From Raillietiella orientalis (Eukaryota): 64,000 nucleotides of DNA. Below, piece by piece: positions 13,316-25,300 of this stretch (positions are counted from its first letter, which is position 1; every line of letters starts with the position of its first letter). The stretch spans positions 1,550,001 through 1,614,000 of the forward strand of contig JAYWIR010000043.1 in assembly GCA_036172245.1 (NCBI GenBank), in the 5' to 3' direction. Both the position numbers and the translations under genes were made by a program. The notes beneath the pieces were generated by a model. The model did no database searches, was not told where the DNA came from, and was given only the letters and a program-made list of their open reading frames with translations.

Positions 13316-13361
13316 ATGAAGAGGATCAGCTCCTGGATACTGTTCTTCGTCTGCCACTACG
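13316..13361 (+). CDS. dpr: Dpr gene coding exon 1 (start codon and signal-peptide core)
   Basis: cgaccATGAAG start; encodes MKRISSWILFFVCHY+G (basic N-terminus then hydrophobic core). Donor G|GTAGGA is phase 1 and matches the next exon. It lies at the end of the GC-rich block. This is the least certain exon because it has no domain homology. Confidence 0.65.
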
Positions 13362-16300
13362 GTAGGAAAAAGGGCGCCGTTGCCATGACAGCGAGCGGGT
13401 CAGGGGAACTGGGAAGGAATGGATAGGGAAGGCTGGGGAGGAGGCCTCTGCTAGACCTCGTGTTCACAGGAAGCACGCTTCCCGGGAACCTCCCTTCAGA
13501 GCCTCCCCAGGGGTTCCGGAAGGGGGAAAGGGAGGTGACAAGAAGAGAGATAGAGGAGATCCGCGCACGTTCCACGGGATACCAGGGAACCCTGGAAAGG
13601 CGAGAACCGGACTGCGGGAAGGGATTGCTTGCCCCAGGAATCACCCGCAGGCTCGCAGCTTCTGCCGGATTTTCTTTGCCTTTTCCTCGAGCACCCCCTT
13701 CCCGTTTTGCCTTCGCCCTCGCCTCCTGGTAGCACTTGGCCCCCTCCGGACGTTCTTCGCTGCCGCTCATATTGTGGTCGCTTGATCACAGGCTGCCCCG
13801 AGTTCCGGGATGAGGGGTCCTGACAGAGGCAGGCAATCCCTTTCATCAGTAGCCCTGGAGTCAGCTGCCTTCCCGGACGTCCCTTGGGTGGCTACGTGTG
13901 AGTCGGGAGGCTCCTCGGAAACGAGAGGAAGATATGCAGGTAGAAGGAAGAGACGGGAACCCCAAGATGAACGGCAGATGCAACGGAATACGGCCTCTTC
14001 GAGCCCCCTCGTTCCTTGCCTTCCTCTTTTTCCCTTCATTCTTCCCTGGATCCAAAGAATCGGGAAAGCATGCTTCATGGGGGGAAGGACTGCTCCCTAG
14101 CGGATGAGGAGGGAGGAGTCGAGGGCCCCTACCCACTGAGAGGCGGCAGCCAAAGGAGAGAGACGATCCCCTGGTTCCAGTCCCACCGATCCCCTTTGCC
14201 AGAGACTGCGGAACGACCCTTTATCATCTCCTCACGTTGGACTCCGCACGAAGAGATCCAGGCCTCTGCCCCTCCCCTTCTAGTTCTTCGTCTCCCCTTT
14301 GAAGAAGGTTTTCCCAAAATCAAAAAACACGTGGAAGCGGGGATTTTCCAGGAATGGGTTCCTCGAAGGAGATCCCGCCTCCTCGGAGCCGGGACTCTTA
14401 AAGGAACTTTTCGCTCTTAATTCTCATCCCCTTCTCATCCTCTCCCTACTCATTGGAGACCTCGCGCCCGCTTCAGAAAGAAGGAAACGAGGAATAGGAA
14501 GGAGGAGAAACAGAAAGAAGGATACTGACTGGCTGACTTCCACCCCCACAAGTCGGAATATCGTCTTCGGGATCACCACGAAGCCCTCCTGGCCTCACGC
14601 TGAGTAGGGAGCAGCGTGGAACGGAATGACTCTGCAGGGTCACAAGGAAAGGTGGGATCCTTGAGGAGTGACGAGAAGGGAACGGGTCTGGAGGGTGCTG
14701 GTGAGTCCCTCACGCCACTTTCCCTTCCCCGAGGCAGTGCCCAAGGTACCTCAGCCGGAACTCACTCCTGATCGCGGGTCCCCCTATTCACCACAGAGGA
14801 AGGAGGGGAACTGGACGGCTCCTTTCCTTCCCTTCCTTTTCTTTCATCACCCCCCGTGACGAGCAGCGGAGCATTCCCGAAGATCCCCTGCCCATAGTTC
14901 TTCTTCCTCCCCTCCTCCTCCAAAGATCACTCTCCTCCTTAGGACGAACCTCCTCCGCCCCCCTCCATCGGCCTCGATCCTGGAGCCCCACCCTTTCCCC
15001 GGCTAAGCTCCTGGCTGAGGTTAGAGGAGACGAGAGGAGCACGGGTATTCTTTCCTGCCACAGGAAAGAAGGTGCGTCCCGACCTTGCCAGCCAGCGAGT
15101 CTGCCCCGTGCGCTTCTTAGGAAGGTGTATTTGCTGTACACCCCAGATTCGAAGAAGGTGAGGAGGGAGTAGTCCTTGTCGCCAGTCTCCGAAGGGATGG
15201 ATCGCGGGCCAGCCCGCCTCTTGCGAGCTCCGTGAGCGGGCCAGCGCCGTCTTCACCGCTCCCGTGGAGCAGCGTTCACCCAGACCAGGAGCAGATCAGG
15301 CTCGAGGGCAAAGGTCCTGAGGAGGAAAGAGACCCGAAACGGAAACAAACTCCCCAGTATCTTCTTCTTCCGTTTCCTCTCCCCCCTATCCCGACGAGAA
15401 GTGGTTCTGGGCTGTTCGGACCTCCGAAGCCTTTCCCGGCCCCAATTCCACCTCGAAGTGACGAAGTAGGGAGTGGAAGTAGAGGAAGAGCTCCTGAACA
15501 GCTGCCGCTAACTCCCGGAAGTCCCTCGGAAGAGACGATGCGAGTCCAGTGTGGAGAAGTGGCGGGGGGTGATGGGAGTGATGGGTGAGGTCGAGGGTTT
15601 GCGTCTAGCCACGGTGCAACTCTCATCGCTCTTCTCCTTCGAGCCACCCTGGCCCCTTTCTGCTCCTCCCGTGTTACACCCGTTGCTTCTGCAGTGATCG
15701 CGTCCCCTCCCTTGTCCGAACTCTTCGCCTACGCCCACCCGAGGACCACATCCTGAGTCTCCGCGACCTCCGGATGCGGTTGTTGCCCGTGCTGCTTATC
15801 TCATTCCGATGATCCCTGTTCTGCTTCTCCTCTCAACCCACAGACCGTGGGAAAGTCATTGAGGCCACCGTTCCCTCCGACTTCCAAGAGGCGCGTTCTG
15901 CTCCCTGTCCCCATTTAAATAGGGAGGTGGGAGCACTACGGAGATCTCTCTCGTGGCTGACGTGAAGACGACCCACACTTCCTTGGAGAAATCCCTCCTT
16001 CGTGGGCTTAGCATAAAAGGGAACCCTCAAAGGGACAGAGGGCACTGCCGGAGGAGCGTCTGACGTACTTCTTCCCGCAGCTTGGTACGAGACGAGAACT
16101 TAGACGAGGGGCTTGCAGGAAACTCACCCGCTCCCGAAGAACGCATTTCCCTTTCATCCCTTAGAGGGCTTGTTCCCGGGAAGAGCGGAGTGATGAGGTC
16201 ATGCGCTTGAACCCACACCGGAAGGCACCTTGGCGCACATGGGTGCCGCAGAGGAAGGCGGAAGCTTCCTATGAGGAGGTAGAGGATCGGCACCGAGGCA

Positions 16301-19300
16301 GAGGATCACGTCCCTGCTTGGGCGCAGCTGTCCGCCCTCGAACACAAAGAGTTGTTCCCGCAAGTGCACGTGATCCCTTTTTTGCTGTCTCCGAGCATCA
16401 GGCGCTCTGGATGCAGGGATGCATCCCCGGCCTCATAATTAGACCCAGCCGTGTTCTGAAAGCTCAAAACAAAAATCCGTGTGCTCCAACGTTTCTTCCG
16501 CCTATCGGAGTTCTCTCCTACTCTTGCAAAATTCCACTTTGCCCTCCTCGTCCAGAACGAAATTCCCCGCAGGCTCGGAGGTGACCTTTCGTAGACGAAT
16601 GATATTGCTTAGGCTCAGAGAGACACTGCTGAATGCTGTTCCGAACCGCGATCTGTCCGTGCTAAAAATAGAAGCTTGCCTGAATCCCAGTTTGACGATT
16701 TCTGATATCGACTGTTTGTAGGAGAACTTTCACAGCCTCCTGAAACCGGAAACGATTTCTCAGATCCTGTGGATCACGCCAAGCCCTTTTTCGATCCCCA
16801 CAATGAAGTGAACGTGAGTGTGGTCAGCGGGAAAACAGCATTCCTGAGATGCAGGGTGAGGAACCTCGGGAACAAAACGGTAAGGGACTTTTTCCTCCTG
16901 CACTGTCGATGTGCCAAGACGAACCTCCCGTGAGAGACCTTTCTCGGACTGCTCCTGCGGATGGGTTGCACAGCGCCGAGCGTCGCTTCAGGGTTACTCG
17001 TAGTATGTCCGCCGCCCCGCTACTACTCCGTTCGATTGCGATACCGACGTCCCTACGAGCTCCTGCAAAGTTTCGATCTTGCATGCCACGGTTGCAAAAA
17101 CCAAAAGGAGAATTGTCTGGATGGCTGGCTGCACCCAAGGTCAACCATCTGAGATGGACCGTTCAGGGAAGTGGGAAGAGAACCCATGACAAAGCGGTTC
17201 TCCGGTACACATCGGAACGTGAAATGTGGGCACTTTTCCGGATTGATGTTCCGTACTCAATAAAGTGTATTGGTAAGGAATACGTTCCCGAGAAGTGATT
17301 AAGTCATCAGAAGCGTTCTTCCTGGAATCTATTTATTGTCATTTTTGTTTTTCTGCAAAGGCTCTGCTGACAATGTATCAATTTATGGTCCGCAGAAAAA
17401 TACATAAGCGCATTTTTCGGGAAACCATTGATGCATCAAAGAGTTGCTGTCTTCGCGAGCGCACGGCGCAGGGTGTCACAAGGAGCTTCTTCATTCCCAG
17501 GAGAGTCTCTCTCAACTTCTATCCCTCGCAGCCTTATTTCAAGGATCCAACAGTAGGGTTGAGGTAGAAGAAGGTGTTCGTTCTTCGGTGCAATTGCGGA
17601 TCCAAATTTAGGCCTCCGGTTACGTTTTCAGGACGAGGGTCAACGACGGTCACGAAGCAAACGGAGCTGAAAAATCAGAAACAAATGGAAAGTGCAACAT
17701 TCGACGAACAACTAAGGGAGACCTTCATGCCCTCGAGCACCAGATGACTCTCATAGGCGCTGTGTATATTCTTCAACGCTTCCTGAAAGTAGCAGCCAGG
17801 ATCCAAATCATCCGCATAGTATTATTATTATTTTGAAAAGTATCAGAAGGACGGCATTGGAAGACCACTCTGCAAGGGGAAAAAGGTGCCCCCAAGCATG
17901 GCAACGGGGATCATTCCTAGAAAATTCATGAGGATTCCACGCAGAAACGATAGCTCGCTCTGTGCTCCTGGAAAGTATAAATGATGCATCAGATAAACCG
18001 AAAATGTTTTTTTAAGCTCTCCATATGGGATTATCGGAAGATTCATAATGTCGCTTCATCCAATGCATTCCTTTCGTATGCAGAGAGAACCAGATCCTTG
18101 GAGACAACTGACTTTGTTCTTGATGAAATGACGACCAATAGCGGGAACGATGACATAGTTGTCCAAAGAGACAAAAGGGCGATTCACAAAAGTAGATGAT
18201 AATTCGATAGAATAACAAATGACAGCGACGGACTGCTGGAATAAATGCGTGACTCTGGCAATGGATGACTAGACAATTAATTATCCACCTGTTGCATCCG
18301 AAGCTGGAGGAGAGAGCCTGTGTCACTCTCTGCATGGCACAATGACCACAAACCTATAACCTCATAGCCCTGCAAACCCTACACCTGGAAACTCGAGACA
18401 GTCATGAGCCTACTCGTTTCGAGTGTCACTCCCATAAGAAATAATTGCTTATCCTTATTTTCTCATCCCTGCACGGCTGTTTCGGTCACGAAAATCGAGT
18501 CATACCTGATGGGGCCGAACGCGCATGTGTTTCAATGGAGCCGAAAAGATGGAATCCTCGCCTTGGCTCAGTGTGTTGCTTGGAGAAGTTCACACTCTTG
18601 CAGGCGCTTCTTACACGAAACTGTGAAGACGGAGAAAGAACTTTTGCAGTGCTGCTTGCATGGTGTTCCACCATTCCCTATGTGTCGGTAAAAGAATTGG
18701 TCGGATCCCAATTCGTCGGCTTCAGGCAGCTTTGTTCATTTCTCCACTGGTGGATGATAAAAACGACTGATCATCCTTTGATGCAGTAGGAAGAAAAGGT
18801 GGGCATTGCAGTCTCATCTGAAGTTCTCTGACCACCTAACGACCACTCGACTGCTATGAAAATCCAGCGCTACAAATCCGACAGCTAGGAGCTGCCAGGA
18901 AATCCAGCGTGCCATCTGTAGCTCTCCGTGTGAGATTGGATTGCTCCTCTTAACAGAACAGGACACCACTTGCATTGCGTAGATGCACTAACACTAGTGC
19001 TCGTGGCAGTAGTCTTGTTTCGACTTTTCCATGCCTGCAGTCAAGCGTGTTGCCCACAGTTAATGAAGCACAACCTTAGATTTGACCCTTTTCTAACGAT
19101 CATTCTGAAATTCAAGCGGAAGACCACCGTGATGGATTCGGAAGAGACCAATCAGAATGCACTCACTTCCTAATTCTCCCCCCCTCCCCCGCTTCTGTGA
19201 TGGTGTAAGCTTTCTCAAACGGACCTAAATGGGAAAAAAGGAAGAAAATACGCAAATTCTGTAGTTGGCGATCGAGGCGTAATGGATGACCTAAGGTGCA

Positions 19301-22300
19301 AAAAAGTTAGGGGGGAGGGCATCGTTCCAGCGTGATCCTATGCCCGCCATGATGACTGGGAATCGGATTGCCTCCAACGAATGCCCCCCAACAAGAGCGT
19401 TCATCTAGCAAGAGCACGTTCGCTGTTCGACAAGCTCCAGAAGCCGCATTCCTCTTTTGCATCCACGAACATTAGATGCATCCTCTCCCTACGTTTCCTT
19501 CCGGGGTGCCAGCTCTCGGCCTTCGCAGGCATCTCCCGTGCTCGATAGGGCCATGGCTTCCGGCACGTCCATGCTTATTCCAGAGCCGTAACAGCAATAC
19601 GCGATGGCACGTTTTCGCCTAAAAATCGAAGGCTCACTTCTGTGTCTCTTTCCTGATGACTGGCTCCAGCAGATGCAAAAAAAGAGGAAGGGAAAAGCTC
19701 CAGCTCAAACAAATAATTTTTACGAATTTGGAAAGCAATGTCTGAAGCTGTGCCTCGAGTGTTTGTGCATCTGTAACACTTGACAGTTTCCTCGAAACCT
19801 CATTGATCGCATTGCAAAAAAACGTTTCTTGGCTGTTTGCTCACTGTTAGTCCGTTATTCTGTTTCATCCGTGAAGATAAATAAATTTCTCAAAGCAAAG
19901 AAAGCGCGGCCGAGAAATATTTCGGCGCGGCGTCCTCCATACCCCTTCCTCCTGCCTCAGAGAGCAGTTCCATATTTTGGAAGGTTTTCTGTCGTCCAAA
20001 CTGCTTAAATACCAATGCCGGCATTGTGGCTTTGGGGCTTTCAGTGTAAACGTCGCCGCTGTTCACTTCAGAGAGAGTGTCCACTGAGGTGCGCTGAGCG
20101 GAAGACGCTTTTGTGCGTCAAACGCGTGCATGCGACTGACCGAGGGACGGTTCCCTTTCCTGTCGCTCCTTTCGTACCACCCGAGGCGGTGTATTCGACT
20201 CACCGCTTCATCATTCCCTCCTGGAAGATCGCGATCTTCTCAGTCGTCAGCTCCTCGGGAAAGGAAACTCCTTTTCCTCCAGGGGTAGCAGCTGCTCTTG
20301 GTCTTTTTTTGGTGTTGCTGTTGTTCCAATGAGCAAAAAGAGCACCGCATTCTTTCTGTTGCTGCATTCCTAAAAGATTTCGTTCTCCGGCAATAGTCTG
20401 ATGTGAGCTTTCTCAAAGGACCAATGGAACGTTAAAGGCCTGCTACCCTCGCTCGTCTCCCTGGTCACCAGGGAACCTCGCTTTCCATCACTTGGAGGTT
20501 CTTCTCCCTTCTTCCATCTGTACAAGAAAGAACACTTCCAGCACATCTGTTACTGGAAAAAACATGTGTCTCCTTTATAGCGAGGTAGCCACCTATTGAA
20601 CGTTGTTCGAGTAGGACAACCTTTGCACGAGAAAGGCGAAATCATTTCCATCGCCACGCCGTTTTCCCTTACCTGGAAAGATCAGGTGAGGAAACTGGGA
20701 TAGGCATCTCCTGACGAGTCGAAAGTGTGCACCTTCGTGGAAGGCTCCAGGATCTGCTTCCGACTTTGCTGTGTTGACGACAGCTGCCGATAAAAGATGG
20801 TAGAGTGCGAGTGCCTGTTTTGTCGATAAGAACCGAATTGCTTATGCAGCGGATGCTCTTCCTGTTTTGTGGGTGGCTTTGAGTTAAATACCGCTTTTGT
20901 GCAAACAAGCAATCTGGACTTGAAGAAAAACCACAGCAACCCGGAAACGAGAAGTCGCCACCAGGAGAGTTCCCCGGGAGATGCTCGTGGAAAGACCGTC
21001 TCGGGATATCAAAAGTGATCAAAGGTGTGCCATCAAAGGAGATGTAATTTTCCCGAAACCTTGATGAAAACCCCAACGTGAGCGCAACAAGGATCGGAAA
21101 CCTGGATCATTCATCATCGCAGATGCCTTTCGGATGGTGTTCTGCCGGCGACCCCGATTCTCTGCAAGAGAGCATCCCACGTCTCCCTCCCTTATCTTTC
21201 TCTGTTTATAGTGAACTCGGAATGCAGTGCAACAAATCACGAACAGATGATTCGGGTTTCAAGGAAGTTTTAGATGACTGAACTCGGAGGCTTCATTAAA
21301 CCTGGAACTGCCTGCAGCCGTTTACCTTAGAAATGGCAAGGATGATGCTCTTTGACAGTACTCATTCTTCCCGGATCTGCAGTCATTCCACCCAAAAATT
21401 CAAGATCACGTGATTCTTGATATGTATAATAAGCCAGGAAAATGCCCCCGGAATGCATTTGAGCATGTTGCAGGGTTTTGTTACTTGTCGTTTCTGGTAA
21501 TCCTGAGTTGTTACTCATATGTTCAACGCACATGCACACGTGTGCACATGTGTGTAGACTTCAACTTTCTGTTCGGATGGTGGTGTGATTTTCGATCACC
21601 CTTCACTCGCTAGAGAAAACTCAAACTGGGAATCATTATTCTTTTTTTTTGGATTTCATAACTTGAGGATACTTTTCACAGTTCTCCAATAGTGAAGTGG
21701 TACAGCAGTACAAGAGATCATTTTTTGAAGTTGCATTTTTCAAACCACAGTGCGACTCATGACCCTTTCGCGGTCGCTGCCATGGTGTTCCGTGCTCCTC
21801 ACTCGTTCACTACTCGTTTCGTACGCATTCGGAAATCATTTTCGCTTGATCTTCAGCTGTTAGCACGAGGTTCCTCTCTTCTCCTGCCAGCTGATCAGAC
21901 TCTTTGCATCATGCCGCCTTCTTGTGACCTTCTCCATGGGCTTTGCAGCAGCTTCCTCGACCGCTTCCATACCGCATGCTGAAAACATCGCTTGCTCTCG
22001 GGGATGCCTCCAGAATGTTCGTCGTCTTTTGAAAGAACATGTAGGACAAGATTCCTCAGTCCCATTTTGCTTTTTGCGATTTCCTTTTAACATAATGAAC
22101 TCCGGCTATCCTCAGTCAGCATTGCGGGCGAGAGAAAACCCTTTTGAAGCCTTCCGCACGAGGTTGCCTTTTTTTTGGGGGTTTCCATCTCTGGACGTAA
22201 TTAGCAGAGCATCCTTCAGGAGTTTTCCCAGCGACCAGCTTTTTCCACGGCGTCATCGCCACGCTGACTGTGACCTCTCCGTTTCGAAATATTATGGGGT

Positions 22301-25300
22301 CAAGCTTTATCGCCACTTTTTCGAGCGAGCGGTCGTCATCTTCCTGCGGGTCACTCCGGAAGGTCGTCAAGCTGATTGACGGAACCTCAGGGTCGTGGCC
22401 ACACGTGCGCAACACACGAACACATCCGCACGAAACGCGTTGTTTACGAAATGGGTTGGCCGAGGGAAAATGGGCATTTTTTCCTGGGAACACGCGAGCG
22501 AGTGCCCGCCGGGGCACGCGTGATCGCATCCCGCGTGCCCGCTCCGACGAACAGCCCCTCCAATCCGGAGGAAAAGCGTCCCTTCCCTCGGAAACCTCCT
22601 CCCGCTAGGGGTTACCCGTTTGCTATTTTAAGGGATGTCGATAATAACCATCGAAGCCAGTTAGCCGGGATGCTGGTATCAGGGACAGCTGGGTTTACGA
22701 TACAGTTTTCTGATGCTGCATGCTTCTTCGGAAAAAACTTCGGCTTCAAGGGACTCGCATATCTAAATGTAAATGGAATGCATTGGAGTTTTATGTGTAT
22801 CTTTGTTTCCAGCATTTCTAGTCAGCAATTCAGTGCTTCCGTTGCAATCTAAATTGCTCACTAAATTGAGTGTTGCACTTAACTTGTTATAGCTCCCATT
22901 GCTTTTGGATTCCAATTTTCTTCAAAAGTTACTAGCTCGACGAAATGGACCCTATGAATAGATAATTGTGGAAATTTTTTTTTTTTTTTTTCAAAGAAGA
23001 TTTCCCTCTATGAACCTCCTGCTATGTTTGGCAGCCATGCAATTTACTCTGAAGGCCTTCTTGAACATGTCAGTACGGAACAGTTCGCAGCTGGTCCATC
23101 CGTATTGGAACTGCGAATACTCGTCGCAAACGACTGCATTGGAACTTTTTTTCTAATAAATGACGTACATCAGCGGGCGCTCATGACCTCCATTCCATAG
23201 CTATGGAATGGCGAACCCAAAAGGGTGAATGAAACGGCGTGCTTCGCCTGTTTACTGTGGTCGTCCACCAGGGGCTGACATCGAGACACGTGCTATGCGT
23301 GCTCATGTCATGAGAAAGCGAGCCGCGCTGAGGTAAACAAAAGTGGGCCGAGTGATTGCCACTTACATAAGTACAACGGATAGTACTGCAAATGCACCCC
23401 ACGGTTTCCCATCGCGCTTTTAGGAGTGCCTATTTACTGACTCGATGATGAAAATCAATAAGGCGCCAGTAACATAAACTCCATGACGACAACTGTGAAA
23501 TTGCAATCCAGCAAGGTACGAGATCCGGTTGCTAGCGGCGGTGGAGAAGGGCTGCATCCTGCATTTTGTCCCACAGCCCGTGGGGGGAAGGGGGAGTGCG
23601 CATCTCATCCCGCAGTGCCGCCCGCCCGTTCTCCCGGGTTCCGGTCGAGGGCTTTTTCCTTGGGGCTTGTGGGTGTGTACGCTGCCTCCCTCGAGGCCCA
23701 CGGTCGCCAACGTGGCGGCAGCTTTCTTGCTCGACAGATGCCGCGCTGCGACTGCGTGATGGAGCCAAGGTCCAGAGAGGCTGCGAGGGGGTCTGGACCG
23801 GGTGAACGCAGCTGGCCGAAACGCGATTCCTCAGGGGACCCGGCTCGGTCTCCAAGTTCGAAAGATGGGGGGAAGAGATACCATCTGCCCGGCTCAGGAC
23901 GCAGCAAGCGCCCGAGAGAATTGCGCGAGGAAATCTGGGAGAATGCAAGCAAACGCTGCACGCAGTCAGCAGCAAATTTGTGTCTGAAATGAGCTTCCTG
24001 AAGCCTTCATTATTTACGAGCCGTACTCGTAGCTTAACTTCCTACGCTGCATAGCAGTACACCTTGCCCTCCAGAAGAGTTTATGAAAACCATTTAGCGA
24101 TGACTGGAATGGATTCATGACCTTCGCTCCCGATCCTGCAGAAGATCTGCCGGAGCAGCCAGGATCCACTCGCAGGGATGAAGTGAGCAGGTGGTAGGAG
24201 TTTTGGTAACCGTGCCTCCCGGCTATCCTCAAACTGTTCCGATTCGTATTCTGGCGTTCTCGTGGAGAGAGGAAAGGGGGAAAAAAAATGGAAAGGGAAG
24301 TCGGGAGGAGGCTTTTGTTCGGCGATATTTGTAACTGCGAAATTGCATGCCGACGGGATGACCCTTCTTCGACTGCGGACAGAAGCTTTGAGTGAAGCTT
24401 GTGGACGCACTGCATTGCAAGTTCAATTATAATAGGACAGTTGGATAATAGTTTTATGAATACGTGGGTGGTTCCAAAACATCGCTGTCTCTTGCATTCA
24501 CGATGCAAGAGACAGCGGAACAAGATACAAACCAAAAATCCCAACTATGGGGAGAGTTTTCCAAGCTTGCGTGCTTCCTGAACTGCCAATTTTCATGCCG
24601 TCGTTGCAGTTGCCTTCGGTTTCATTTGGTGTACACATTTAGTTGGTGACTCGAAGAGTGAAGCTTCAAGATGCTGCCCAAATATGCCACTGCTACCCAA
24701 CATTTCACCGACATTCCTGTCTGCCCTAAGGGAGATCTCAGACCAGTCCGAACAAAGGAAACCTTTACCGGCAACAACCTTCCCTGTTACGAAGACGAAA
24801 TGTCTTCTTCCTTGGAAGAGATCACTGCTCACGTTCCATGAACACGAACACGCCATCGCCATTGAAATTAGTGTACACCGAACTACAAGATGCGGGAACC
24901 TTTCTCAAAACTATTTCAGCACTGTCCTTGCAGTCCTTATAGCTTTCCGTAATGATCTCTCTTAAGCATCTGGACCGTTTCCCTAGTTTAATTTACGCCT
25001 TCCTTTTTTTCTCTTCTGCACTGAAAATCTCAGAAGACCACCAGCTCCCAAAGAGGTCTTCTTACATCTTTCACTTTGCTGGTCCTGCTTCGTGTGTTGA
25101 TCTTTGAAGAACAGTTGCCATGCAGTGCGTGCCCTCGTCTTAGCACCCATCTTCAGTCTTCTTCTTTGAGCCCATGGTTCCTCCCTAGCTGGAGTGATGC
25201 TTTAATCGCTCACCACCTCGCAAAAATGAAAAAAAAAAACAAAATCGGAGCCTAAAAATGTAACAAAATCGAATGGCCAGCCCGAGAAAGGTGAGAGTTC

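Noticed and set aside
15844..15926. Strong-looking acceptor (ctgcttctcctctcaacccacag) as an extra Dpr exon
   Set aside because: The phase-1 frame is open, but the only candidate donors I found are phase 0 and would frameshift exon 2.
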